64,000 bases of DNA from an uncultured Spirochaetota bacterium (lineage in GTDB: Bacteria > Spirochaetota > Spirochaetia > SZUA-6 > Fen-1364). The DNA is taken from assembly GCA_963820525.1 (NCBI GenBank), contig CAWGAA010000002.1:256001-320000 (forward strand), given 5' to 3'. The translations under genes were made by a program, and so were the position numbers. The number at the start of each line of letters is the position of its first letter. Within the stretch, counting starts at the first letter, position 1. This document shows positions 1 to 9,690 of this stretch, piece by piece. The notes below the pieces were generated by a model that worked only from the letters and a program-made list of their open reading frames with translations, was not told where the DNA came from and did no database searches.

Positions 1-855
1 GACGATATCGTCCGCTGCATCGAACGGCATGAGGAGGGCACCTGGGACGAAGTGAAGTACGGGGCGGACAAGACGCTGAAGATAAGCACCTTTCCCTTCA
101 AGGACGAGGAGGACAAGTTCCTGGGAACCATCGTGTTGATGGAGGATATTTCCAAGAGCCTGCTGTTCAACGAGTACCTCCGGCGCGCGGAGAAGATCGC
201 CTCGACGGCGGAGCTGGCCGCCGGGGTGGCCCACGAGATCAACAATCCGCTGGGCATCGTCCTCAACTACACCACCATCATCAGGCGGAAAGCCCTTGCG
301 AACGCGGACGGCATGGAGAAGGTGCGGATCATTGAGAACGAGCTTCTGCGCATCAAGGAGATCATCAGCAGCCTGCTCTCCTTCTCGCGCATCGAGAGCT
401 CGGAGATGGCCACCGTGGACATCGTGGAGATCCTCCACGAGGTGGTCGTGCTGATCAACCACAAGATCCGCGAAAAGGAGATCGAGCTGTGCTTGAGAAA
501 CCGCTGCGGGAGGCCGATGGTGCACGGGAACGCCAACAGGCTGAAGCAGGTCTTTATCAACCTCTTGATGAACGGCATCGAAGCCGTGGCCAGACGGGGA
601 CGGATCGCAATTGCGATCCGCACGGACGGACATCCTCCATCCGTGGAGATCCGCTTCAGGGACAACGGCTGCGGCATTGCGGATTCCATCAAGGACCGGA
701 TCTTCGATCCCTTCTTCAGCACGAAGCTCGACAACAAGAACACCGGATTGGGGCTGTCCATCTCCCAGCACATTATTGAGACCCACAACGGCGTCATCGA
801 AGTGAGCACCGAGGGCGATACCGAGTTCACCGTTCGCCTCCCGTTGCTGAAATAA
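1..855 (+). CDS. Two-component sensor histidine kinase, NtrB-like (5' end outside window)
   Basis: Frame open from base 1; H-box AHEINNPL, N-box QVFINLLMNGIEA, G1 DNGCGI, F-box IFDPFFSTK, G2 GLGLSIS; PAS-like C-terminal remnant before the H-box. Confidence 0.92.
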   Translation, partial: DDIVRCIERHEEGTWDEVKYGADKTLKISTFPFKDEEDKFLGTIVLMEDISKSLLFNEYLRRAEKIASTAELAAGVAHEINNPLGIVLNYTTIIRRKALANADGMEKVRIIENELLRIKEIISSLLSFSRIESSEMATVDIVEILHEVVVLINHKIREKEIELCLRNRCGRPMVHGNANRLKQVFINLLMNGIEAVARRGRIAIAIRTDGHPPSVEIRFRDNGCGIADSIKDRIFDPFFSTKLDNKNTGLGLSISQHIIETHNGVIEVSTEGDTEFTVRLPLLK

Positions 856-893
856 CGCCGGGACTTTTTCTCCACAAGATTCAGGCGAGATTC

Positions 894-909
894 GGGAAAA
901 ATATTTCCC
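894..909. promoter_or_regulatory. Imperfect palindrome GGGAAA-aata-TTTCCC, candidate upstream activator site
   Basis: Inverted repeat ~140 bp upstream of the sigma-54 motif; a related sequence GGGACTTTTTCTCC lies at 860-873. Confidence 0.4.
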
Positions 910-1046
910 TATGCCTGCACAATCCCGCCGAATCCAGAGACCGCAGCCCGCGTTTGGCGCGCGCTTGATCCACTAACTATTGCCGGCGCAAGGCAATAGA
1001 GAGAGTCTCCCGTGTCCTGGATCATCCGGCCGCCGAGCGGAGAGTC

Positions 1047-1062
1047 TGGCACGGAGCTTGCT
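1047..1062 (+). promoter_or_regulatory. Sigma-54 (-24/-12) promoter
   Basis: TGGCAC-GGAGC-TTGCT exactly matches TGGCAC-N5-TTGCW, 40 nt upstream of the xylF ATG. Confidence 0.8.
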
Positions 1063-1102
1063 TCTCTGATGCAGGTATTTCATACTCTCAAGGAGGTTGT
1101 TG

Positions 1103-2158
1103 ATGAAGAAAAGGATTTTTTTGATCGTCGTCGTCTGCCTGATCATGTGCGTCGGGACGACGTCCTTTGCCGCGCCCATAAAGATCGGCCTCTCTTTCGC
1201 CGAGTTCGAGGTCGAAAGGTGGGCCAGGGAAAAGGACAGGATGACGGAGCTCGCCACGAAGGCGGGGGCCAAGGAAGTCGTCTACCAGGTGGCCAACAAT
1301 GACGCGAATCTCCAGAACTCCCAGATCGAAAACATGGTCGCACAGGGCGTGAACGTGATCATCATCGTGGCCGTGGACGGCGAGGCCTGCGCCACGGCGG
1401 TCGAGCAGGCTGCCAAGGCCGGCGTGGCCTGCATCGCCTATGACCGCCTGATCAAGACGAACAAGCTCGCGGCCTACATCACCTTCGACAACGTCGAGGT
1501 GGGCAGGCAGGAGGCGCTCGGCGTTCTGGACGTGGTCAAGAAGGGACGGTTCGCGCTGCTGGGCGGAAGCCCGACGGACAACAATGCCCATCTGGTTCGC
1601 CGCGGACAGATGCTGGTTCTCCAGCCCCTGATCGACAAGAAGACCATTCAGATCGTCGGAGACCAGTTCGTCGAAGGCTGGAGCCAGGAGAAGGCGCTGG
1701 CGATCATGGAGAACATGCTGACCGCCAACCAGAACAAGATCGATGCCGTCGTCGCCTCCAATGACAGCACGGGGCTCGGCGCCGTGGAGGCGCTATCCGC
1801 CCAGGGCTTGGCCGGAAAAGTGCCCGTATCCGGGCAGGACGCGACGGCCGCCGCATGCAAGGCGATAGCGGAGGGAAAGTTCACCGTGACCGTGTTCAAG
1901 GACATCAACCTCCTCTCGCCAATGGCCGTGGATATCGCCATGAAGCTCGCCAAAGGCCAGTCCACGGGATTGAAAACCCGCAGCCTCGCCGATCTCACCG
2001 GAGACAACGCCATGACCGGAAACATCCCGTGCGCTTTCCTGCCGGTGGTCCGGGTGACCAAGGCCAACCTCTACAACGTGGTCATCAAGAGCAAGTTCCA
2101 GCCCTACGACGAGGTGTACAAGGACGTTCCCGTGGGCAAGCGCCCAGCCAGGCCGTAA
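1103..2158 (+). CDS. xylF: D-xylose-type sugar ABC transporter substrate-binding protein
   Basis: Signal peptide; ERW..D, IAYDRLI, GGSPTDNNA, VVASND, VSGQDA motifs of XylF/ChvE family; RBS AAGGAGG. Confidence 0.85.
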   Translation: MKKRIFLIVVVCLIMCVGTTSFAAPIKIGLSFAEFEVERWAREKDRMTELATKAGAKEVVYQVANNDANLQNSQIENMVAQGVNVIIIVAVDGEACATAVEQAAKAGVACIAYDRLIKTNKLAAYITFDNVEVGRQEALGVLDVVKKGRFALLGGSPTDNNAHLVRRGQMLVLQPLIDKKTIQIVGDQFVEGWSQEKALAIMENMLTANQNKIDAVVASNDSTGLGAVEALSAQGLAGKVPVSGQDATAAACKAIAEGKFTVTVFKDINLLSPMAVDIAMKLAKGQSTGLKTRSLADLTGDNAMTGNIPCAFLPVVRVTKANLYNVVIKSKFQPYDEVYKDVPVGKRPARP

Positions 2159-2178
2159 GCGTCGATCAGCCCAAAGAG

Positions 2179-2219
2179 CACCGGCCGAAGGCCACAAAGC
2201 CGACGGCCGGTGTATTTTT
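2179..2219 (+). terminator. Stem-loop with T-run between xylF and xylG (partial terminator or mRNA stabiliser)
   Basis: CACCGGCCG (2179-2187) pairs with CGGCCGGTG (2204-2212), followed by TATTTTT. Confidence 0.6.
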
Positions 2220-2266
2220 CATACGCGAGGGATAGACCTCCAGGGGTCTCGAGCGATACAGGTGCA

Positions 2267-3811
2267 ATGAGCGAGTACATACTTCAGTTCGACCAGGTCA
2301 CAAAGGATTTTCCCGGCGTCCGCGCGCTTTCCAGCGTCACCTTCAATGTGAAGAGCGGTGAGGTCCACGGCCTGTGCGGCGAGAACGGGGCGGGGAAATC
2401 GACCCTCGTGAAGATTCTCGCGGGCGTCTATCCCCACGGCTCATACCAGGGACGGGTTCTCTTCAACGACACGGAGCTCGCCTTCGGCGGCTCGTCGATC
2501 CGCCAGGCGATCGAGAGGGGCATCGCCATCGTGTATCAGGAGTTCGCGCTCGTGCCCCAGCTCACCGTCGGGGAGAACATCCACCTGGGGAGAGAGCCGG
2601 AGACGATGGGCGTCATCAACTGGCACAAGCTGTACGCGGAGACCAAGCAGATCCTCGACTCCTACCACCTTCGCATCCCGTTCGCGGAGAAGGTCGTGAA
2701 CCTGGGCGTCGGCCAGCGGCAGATGGTGGAGATCGCCAAGGCACTGAGCGAGAACGCCAGGCTCCTGATCCTCGACGAGCCCACCTCCGCGCTGACAGAG
2801 CAGGAAGTGGAGGCTCTGCACGAGATCCTCCGGAAGCTCCGCGCCCGGGGGGTGACGTGCATCTACATCTCCCATAAATTGGAGGAGTTTTTCAGGATCG
2901 CCGACACGCTCACGGTCCTCAGGGATGGCGAGGTCATCGACACCCTCCCCATCCTGGAGACGAACACGGAAGACGTGATCAGGATGATGGTGGGCCGCGA
3001 GATGAAGGAGCGATTCCCGAAGAGCCGGCACGAGATCGGCCCGGTGGTCCTGGAAGTGAAGGACCTGTCTTCTGCGGCCGCTGGGGGCACCAACAAGAGA
3101 TCGCTCGTGGGAATCTCTTTCGACCTGCGGCAGGGGGAGATCCTCGGAGTGGCCGGGCTCATGGGCTCGGGGAGGACCGAGCTGTTGACCGCGATCTTCG
3201 GAGCGGCCGAAGGGCGCACACAGGGCGAGATCAGGATCGATGGCAAGCCGGCGCGGATCGACAGCGCCAAGGACGCCTTGAATCACGGCGTCAGCTACGT
3301 GCCGGAGGATCGAAAGGGGCAGGGCCTCGTCTTGAACGAATCGATCCTCCGGAACATGACGCTGCCAAACCTGGACCAGTTCGCATCCTTCATGATCATC
3401 AACAAGCCGAAGGAGCTCCAGGCGTGCCAGCTCTTCTTCGAGTCGCTCAAGATCAAGGCCACCTCCGTCATGGCGCCGGTGGAATCGCTCTCCGGCGGCA
3501 ACCAGCAAAAAGTGGTGATTGCCAAATGGCTCATGTCGCGCCCCCGGTTCCTTTTCCTCGATGAGCCCACCCGCGGCATCGATGTCGGGGCGAAGTACGA
3601 AATCTACAAGCTCATCAGCCAGCTGGCCTCGGAAGAGGTCGCCATCGTGATGGTCAGCTCGGAGCTGCCCGAGCTCCTGGGGATGTGCGACCGCATCCTC
3701 GTGATGCACGACGGCAGGGCAATGGGGATCCTGCCGGTGGAAGAGGCGGACCAGGAGAAGATCATGACGTTGGCCACGGGGCTGACGAAAAACTCAAAGG
3801 GGCTAGGATGA
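2267..3811 (+). CDS. xylG: Sugar ABC transporter ATP-binding protein (two NBDs)
   Basis: GENGAGKST Walker A, LILDEPT, YVPEDRK, LSGGNQQKV, DEPTRGIDVGAK; GVYPHGSY motif typical of XylG. Confidence 0.9.
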   Translation: MSEYILQFDQVTKDFPGVRALSSVTFNVKSGEVHGLCGENGAGKSTLVKILAGVYPHGSYQGRVLFNDTELAFGGSSIRQAIERGIAIVYQEFALVPQLTVGENIHLGREPETMGVINWHKLYAETKQILDSYHLRIPFAEKVVNLGVGQRQMVEIAKALSENARLLILDEPTSALTEQEVEALHEILRKLRARGVTCIYISHKLEEFFRIADTLTVLRDGEVIDTLPILETNTEDVIRMMVGREMKERFPKSRHEIGPVVLEVKDLSSAAAGGTNKRSLVGISFDLRQGEILGVAGLMGSGRTELLTAIFGAAEGRTQGEIRIDGKPARIDSAKDALNHGVSYVPEDRKGQGLVLNESILRNMTLPNLDQFASFMIINKPKELQACQLFFESLKIKATSVMAPVESLSGGNQQKVVIAKWLMSRPRFLFLDEPTRGIDVGAKYEIYKLISQLASEEVAIVMVSSELPELLGMCDRILVMHDGRAMGILPVEEADQEKIMTLATGLTKNSKGLG

Positions 3812-5004
3812 AGAACCTGAAGCTGATCGACCAGATACGGTTGAACCTCAAGACGTATACGATGATTTTCGCCCTGCTTGCGATCTGGCTCCTCTTCGGG
3901 ACCCTGACTAATTGGATCTTCTTCTCCCCCCGAAACCTCTCCAACCTGTTCCGCCAGATGACCATCATCTCGTTCCTGGCCATCGGGATGGTCATCGTCA
4001 TCGTCACCGGCAATATCGACCTGTCGGTGGGCTCGGTCACCGGGTTCGTCGGCGTGATCGCCGCGTACCTGCAGGCCATCGTGTTCGCGAAGATCCTGCC
4101 CGGCCTGATGCCCCACGCCTCCCTCCTGGAGGTCGCCATCGTCTCCACCGCGCTCACGGTCGTTCTCTGCCTTGTGGTGGGCAGCGCGATCGGGATGCTG
4201 CAGGGCGCCGTGGTCGCCTTCATGAACGTGCCTGCGTTCATCGTAACCCTCGGCGGGCTCCTGATCTTTCGCGGCGGCATCCTGGGCATCACCCAGGGAA
4301 AGACGATCGTGCCGATCGAAGAGCCGTTCAAGCAGATAGCGCAGGGCTATCTCTCCGGCCCGGTCGGTCTTATCCTGGCCGGCGTCGTCATCGTCATCAT
4401 CTTCGCCTTCACCTTCTGGAACCGACGGCAGAGGAGAAACTACGGTTTTGTCCTGCAGCATCTGTACCTCGACCTGCTGAAGGCCGGGCTCTTTTCCCTG
4501 GCGGTTCTGCTCTACGTCGTCATCATGAACATGTACCAGGGGGTGCAGAACCCCGTGCTGCTGATGGCTGTTGCGGCGGTCTTCTTCAGCTACGTCACCA
4601 ACAATACGCGCTTCGGCAGGTACGCGTATGCCATCGGCGGCAACAAGGAGGCGACGAAGCTCTCCGGCATCAACATCCAGCTCAATGTCTTCAAGGTGTT
4701 CATCCTCATGGGTTTCCTCTGCGCCGTGGCGGGGATCGTCCTCACCGCCCGGGTCGCCGCCGGAACGATTTCCGGCGGCCAGAACTACGAGCTGTCCGCC
4801 ATAGCGGCCTGCGTCATCGGCGGCACGAGCCTGATGGGCGGGGAGGGCACCATATTCGGCGCCATCGTCGGCTCGCTGATCATGGCCAGCCTGGAGAACG
4901 GCATGAGCGTGATGAACATGGACATCTTCTGGCAGTACATCATCCGTGGGCTCGTTCTCATCTTCGCAGTTTACGTGGACGTCGCCTCCAAGAAGAAGCG
5001 ATAG
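3808..5004 (+). CDS. xylH: Sugar ABC transporter permease
   Basis: IDLSVGS, VPAFIVTLGG, TRFGRYAYAIGGN, YELSAIAACVIGG; ATGA overlap with xylG stop. Confidence 0.9.
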   Translation: MKNLKLIDQIRLNLKTYTMIFALLAIWLLFGTLTNWIFFSPRNLSNLFRQMTIISFLAIGMVIVIVTGNIDLSVGSVTGFVGVIAAYLQAIVFAKILPGLMPHASLLEVAIVSTALTVVLCLVVGSAIGMLQGAVVAFMNVPAFIVTLGGLLIFRGGILGITQGKTIVPIEEPFKQIAQGYLSGPVGLILAGVVIVIIFAFTFWNRRQRRNYGFVLQHLYLDLLKAGLFSLAVLLYVVIMNMYQGVQNPVLLMAVAAVFFSYVTNNTRFGRYAYAIGGNKEATKLSGINIQLNVFKVFILMGFLCAVAGIVLTARVAAGTISGGQNYELSAIAACVIGGTSLMGGEGTIFGAIVGSLIMASLENGMSVMNMDIFWQYIIRGLVLIFAVYVDVASKKKR

Positions 5005-5091
5005 CTCTGGACGGCGGATCCGAAAGCTTGGCAAGGCCGACGATGTCATCGCAAAGCGGAAAGGTGTACGATGACGGGGCGGCGAGCGGTC

Positions 5092-5841
5092 ATGAAAGAG
5101 AACGAGTATGCGTGGCAGAGCGGATCCGGCCCCGCTGCCATTTCGGCCTCGGAGATCCATCTCTGGCGGATTTCCCTGGAACAGAGTCAGGACCGTATCC
5201 TGATCCTCCGCGGAACCCTCTCCCCTGACGAGAGACGGATGGCAGAGGCCTTCCGCGCCGAGAAGGACAGATCTTCCTTCTGCCTCTGCCGCGGCTTTCT
5301 TCGGATGCTTCTCGGCCGCTATAGCGACGCGGCCCCTGCGGAGGTTCGATTTCGCCGGGGGGAGTACGGAAAGCTTTCTCTGGATCCGCTTTTTCACCAG
5401 GAAGACATAGAGTTCAATCTCTCCCACTCGGGGTGCGTGGCCTTTTTTGCTCTAGCGAGGGAACGGCGGCTCGGTGTGGACGTGGAGAAGATCCGCACGA
5501 CCGCCGGAATCGGCGACATATCCCGCGGTTTTTTTTCACCGGAAGAGGACGGGGCGATCCGTGCCCTGCCGGAGGGAATGAAGGCCGATGCGTTCTACGC
5601 CTGTTGGACGCGAAAAGAGGCGGTGGTCAAAGCGCTCGGCGGAAGCATCGCGAAGCTCTCGGGCAAAGTCATCGTCTCTACGTCTCCCGGCCAGCCCGCG
5701 AGGCTTCTCCGGATGCCCTGTGGGCGTGGAAAAAACAGCGAGTGGCGCCTTCATGACCTGCCTGCGGGTGAGAGATACGCGGCCGCCTTGTGCTACGAAG
5801 GTCCGCAGGCCGCGGTTTTTCTATGGGAACCGGACGAGTGA
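5092..5841 (+). CDS. Sfp/HetI-type 4'-phosphopantetheinyl transferase
   Basis: LSPDERR, GEYGKL, FNLSHSG, LGVDVEK, FYACWTRKEAVVKALG motifs. Confidence 0.92.
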   Translation: MKENEYAWQSGSGPAAISASEIHLWRISLEQSQDRILILRGTLSPDERRMAEAFRAEKDRSSFCLCRGFLRMLLGRYSDAAPAEVRFRRGEYGKLSLDPLFHQEDIEFNLSHSGCVAFFALARERRLGVDVEKIRTTAGIGDISRGFFSPEEDGAIRALPEGMKADAFYACWTRKEAVVKALGGSIAKLSGKVIVSTSPGQPARLLRMPCGRGKNSEWRLHDLPAGERYAAALCYEGPQAAVFLWEPDE

Positions 5842-5875
5842 TCCATGAGAGTGGCTCATCCTTCCGGGGACGCAG

Positions 5876-6154
5876 TCACGAGGCCGTCGGCGGGGGCGAC
5901 GTATTGAGACCAGCGTGGCGGGAGTAGAGCCGGTAGGCATCGCCCACCGTCTTCACGTTCCAGGCTTCTTCGAAAGGGATGCCGATGCCTTCCTCCCCCA
6001 AATGCAGCAGCATCTCCACCAGCCGGATCGAATCAACGGACAAGTCTTGGACAAAGGAGGCTTCAGGTACGACTTGGCTCTCCTCCACCTGCAGCTCCCG
6101 GGCAATCAAACGCCGGAACTCTTCAAAGGGGATGGGGTCACCGGGGTTTTTCAC
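5876..6154 (-). CDS. Acyl carrier protein
   Basis: Small acidic protein with PEASFVQDLSVDSIRLVEM (Ppant serine in DS) and VKTVGDA; GTG start overlapping the ligase stop. Confidence 0.88.
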   Translation of the reverse strand: MKNPGDPIPFEEFRRLIARELQVEESQVVPEASFVQDLSVDSIRLVEMLLHLGEEGIGIPFEEAWNVKTVGDAYRLYSRHAGLNTSPPPTAS

Positions 6155-7776
6155 GTCGTGCCTCCTTTCAAATCCTGGAGTGCCATGGCGCGCATCTTGA
6201 ACTTTTGCGATTTGCCCATTTCCGCCTGGGGAAACTCACTCATGAAGCGCACCTGGCTGGGGATCTTGTAGGGCTCCAGAGATCTCCGGCAATAGTCCAG
6301 AACTTCCTGGACCGTCATCTCTGCGCCTTCCTTCAACCGGAGAAAAGCCCATACACTCTCCCCTCCCACCGCCGCCGGCACGCCCACCACCGCCGCCTCT
6401 CCAATCTTGGGGTGGGCAGCCAGGAAGCTCTCGATCTCCGTCGGATAGATATTCTGCCCGCCGCGTATGATGAGATCCTTCTTGCGCCCCACGATGCGCA
6501 GGTAGCCCTTCTCATCGATCGTGGCAAGGTCTCCCGTATAAAGCCAGCCTCCTTCATCGATTACCTCGGCGGTCAGCTCGGGGGCCTGGTAGTAGCCAAG
6601 CATCACACCATCGCCGCGGATGGCCAATTCCCCCACCTGACCAGGCGGAAGGTCGCGTCGGCTCTCATCCACGATTCTGACCTCGATCCCGGCCATCGGA
6701 CGGCCTACTGTCTCGGCCTGTTGGGCGTCGGAATCGGCCAGACTGCCGCAGGCGATCCCTCCCGCGGCCTCGGTCATGCCGAAACCGATATAGACGGCGC
6801 AGTTGAAGCGCTGCTGGATCTCCCGAGCCAGAGAAGGCGGGCACGGCGCGGCCCCGGTTCCACAGACGAGCAGGGATGAGGTGTCAAAGCGGTCCAGGTC
6901 CGGCAGCCCCAGCATAGCCTGATATGCCGTCGGTACCGCCACCAGGACCGTCACCCGCTCTTGTTCCACGAGTGCCAACGCCTCTTGTGGATGGAACTGG
7001 GGCATGGCTACCAGACGGTCGCCCATCAGCAGTCCCTGGAGCATGACATGCAGCCCGGTGATGGAATGCCAGCCAACGGTGGAAAGGAAGGTCTGCGGCC
7101 GGCCGATAGAGCGGAGCAGGCGGGTCCGATAGCGGGCAAGGGCCTTCGCCACCTCCACCACTTTCCTCAGGCTGGAGGGGCGCGACCACAGCTCACGCAC
7201 CTTGAGACTCGCCACAACGGGCGCGATCAGGCTGCTGTGGGTGTGCATTGTCGCCTTGGGCTTGCCGGTGGTCCCCGAAGTGTAGAGGAGGGCCAGGAGG
7301 TCGCCCGGCGCCACCGCGACTGGAGGCAGGATGGTGGGGCCCGCGTTCATGAGCGCAGCCAGCGTGAGACCGCTGCGCTCCTCGCCTGCCAGGATGACGT
7401 GGCGAAGGCCGGCAGCCTGCCGCAGTACCTCACCTTCGACGGAACGCGTCGTCACGAGCGCCAGAGGCTCGGCGTCGCTCAATATATCGCTCAACCCGCG
7501 CTCGCGCAGCTGGGGATTGAGAGGGACGATGACCGCGCCCAATGTGGCCACGGCGAAGAACAGGTAGACGAACTCGGGCCCCGGCGGCAGAAGGGCCACG
7601 ACCTTGTCCGCTTTCCGTATGCCGAGTCCGACAAGGCCGCGGGCCAGAGCGTTGATCCGCTCAAGCAACTGCCCGTTGGTGAGCCGCGTCGGGCCGCAGA
7701 CCAGCACTTCCTGGTCGGGGCGGGCCTCACTGATCAGCCGAATCGCTTCGCCCATCGTCAGCTTGGCGTTCAGCAT
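6151..7776 (-). CDS. AMP-forming acyl-CoA/acyl-ACP ligase
   Basis: YTSGTTGKPK, GFGMTE, GWLYTGDL, GRKKDLIIRGGQNIYP, C-terminal MGKSQK; RBS GGAGG. Confidence 0.92.
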   Translation of the reverse strand: MLNAKLTMGEAIRLISEARPDQEVLVCGPTRLTNGQLLERINALARGLVGLGIRKADKVVALLPPGPEFVYLFFAVATLGAVIVPLNPQLRERGLSDILSDAEPLALVTTRSVEGEVLRQAAGLRHVILAGEERSGLTLAALMNAGPTILPPVAVAPGDLLALLYTSGTTGKPKATMHTHSSLIAPVVASLKVRELWSRPSSLRKVVEVAKALARYRTRLLRSIGRPQTFLSTVGWHSITGLHVMLQGLLMGDRLVAMPQFHPQEALALVEQERVTVLVAVPTAYQAMLGLPDLDRFDTSSLLVCGTGAAPCPPSLAREIQQRFNCAVYIGFGMTEAAGGIACGSLADSDAQQAETVGRPMAGIEVRIVDESRRDLPPGQVGELAIRGDGVMLGYYQAPELTAEVIDEGGWLYTGDLATIDEKGYLRIVGRKKDLIIRGGQNIYPTEIESFLAAHPKIGEAAVVGVPAAVGGESVWAFLRLKEGAEMTVQEVLDYCRRSLEPYKIPSQVRFMSEFPQAEMGKSQKFKMRAMALQDLKGGTT

Positions 7777-7786
7777 GGCGGCCTCC

Positions 7787-8927
7787 TCACAGCTTCATCC
7801 GGTATAAACGGTAGTGTTTATAAAGCTCGGCACCCCGGCCCCGGGCGATGAGGTTGATCGTGGGGTTCAACTCGGAAGTAAGGGAACCATCGAGCCATTT
7901 ATAGCCCTTCCCCTTGGCCGTTCTCAGCGCTTGCAAGCAGAGCAGAGCATCGATGCCCCGCCGGCGGTATTCCTCCAGGACGCCCATCAGCTTGAACGAG
8001 ACGACGTCGACCTCGCGGATGTAGCGTTTGATCTTGAGCCAGTTGAAGGGAAAGAGCTGCCCGTCGAGGCGGATGAGCACGCGATTGGTGTCGGGGATGA
8101 GGACGCAGAAGCCCACCGCTTTGCCCTCTATCTCGGCGATGAGCGCCAGGTCCTGGTCCAGGAAAGGCCGCATCTGATCGGCAAGGCGCCGGAACTCGGC
8201 CTCGCTGAGCGGGACAGCGTCGGGAATCTGGCTCATCTGTGGCATTGAAGAGGCAGCGTATGATGGATACCTCACGATCCCAGTCCCCCATACGTATCCT
8301 GCGGATGGTGGTATTGCCCACCCGTTGGGCGACATCGGCCGCGCGGGTAATGCCGGATGGACCGCCTTTGAGCTCGTTGCCGACCTGCTCGAAAGTGGCC
8401 CGCCAGGCGTAGAGGTCATGGTCCTTTTCCATCCCATAGCGTTCCAGGAAATCCTTATAGTAGGCCGGCGTGTGGGCTTCCAGCATCGCGGGCGGGTAAT
8501 CGGTGCCCGCGATCAGCACGCCGGGGCAATCGTTGTCACCGAAGCTGGTCGGGCCACGCAGCGACGTCATGCCGTGGGCGCGCAACCATTCGCGGCAGAC
8601 GTCCAGCAGCTGCCTGGCAACTTCGAACTCATTGACGACCTCGAAGAAGCCGAAGCCGCCCTCCGCCAGGCACATGTTCGCGACGCGGGAGTGGTCGACA
8701 AAGGCGGCAATGGTCCCCAGCTCTTCCCGGCCCCGCCGGGCCATGAAGAGGGCGACGTCAGCCTGTTTGTAGAAAAGGCCCCTGGACGGATCGAGGTATT
8801 CGAGGCGCTCGGAGATTAAAGGAGGTACCCAGTTGCGGTCACCCTTGTAGACCCGCCACGGGAATCTGATAAAGGCTTTCCGGTCACGTTGAGTGGTGAC
8901 GAGGTGGATCTCAACGGATTCGCTCAC
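7787..8927 (-). CDS. YghO-like GNAT-fold N-acyltransferase (bacterial ceramide synthase-like); one-base frameshift at ~8238
   Basis: N-half FPWRVYKGDRNWVPPL, GFGFFE, LRGP, PAYYKDFLERYGMEKDHDL and C-half GFCVLIPDTN, LFPFNWLK, MGVLEEYRRRGIDALL, YKHYRLY join if one base is removed at ...aat gcc aca G atg agc cag...; GTG start after GGGGAG. Confidence 0.8.
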
Positions 8928-9093
8928 TGCCGCTCCCCATTTTCGCTCACCATCCTCACTATGGCCCATGCTAACCGGAAAATGCAATCCTGAAAAGCAA
9001 GCGTCGTTGCCGTCATACTCGGCACTCTCTGACGGCCCGCCGTCGTCACGGTACAATTGCCTACGCGCGGGCTCTGTCAGGAGGCGTTCCATA

Positions 9094-9690
9094 GTGAAAG
9101 AGCCTGGTTCTTCCCTCTTCGCTTTCTTCTCCCTCCCCGCCGTGACAGCCAATCGCGGCGGCATGGTCACATCCTGGAATCGAGCGGCAGAGAGTTTGTG
9201 GAGCCTTCCGGCGGAGAAAGCCCTCGGGCGGCCTCTCGAGGAGCTGATCCAGGTCGGGCCGGGAATCGCGCTTTCCCAGATCATCCAGGCGGTCGGAGAG
9301 CGAGGGTCATGGATGGGGGAGTGCACGCTGGGCGCCCCAGGGGGCCGCTCGGTCAGGGGGATATTGGCCGCCGGTTCCTTCGGTCCTCGCGGACACAGTG
9401 GGCGGGGAATTGCCCTTTTCTTTCTTGAAAACGGTGGATTCAGTGGCGCCGCGGAGGCGCCCGGGGAGGGCGAAAACCGATACCGAAGCATTTTCAGGCT
9501 TCCCGGCGTATCAATTTGGGAAGAGGACATCTCGGAGCTTCAGGGGGCGCTGAGAGAGCTGAAGGAGCAGGGGGTGCGGGATCTGAGAAGGTACCTGGAC
9601 GAGCACCCCGAGTTCATCGAAAACGCCGCCGGCATGATCAAAGTAATCGACGTCAATGACCACACGCTCCAGCTCTTCGAGGCGCGGAGC
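9094..9690 (+). pseudogene. Truncated multi-PAS sensor protein (5' fragment)
   Basis: RBS AGGAGG; PAS motifs VTSWNRAAESLW and RYRSIF..PGVSIWEEDIS...IKVIDVND; breaks off mid-domain, stop at 9717 lies inside unrelated sequence. Confidence 0.7.

Noticed and set aside
955..969. Second sigma-54-like motif TGGCGCGCGCTTGAT
   Set aside because: Spacing is one base short and the -12 GC is missing; the motif at 1047-1062 is the canonical one.
7899..9530. 543-aa ORF suggesting a long N-terminal extension of the GNAT
   Set aside because: The extension is antisense to the PAS gene; family similarity and an RBS point to GTG 8927 as the start.
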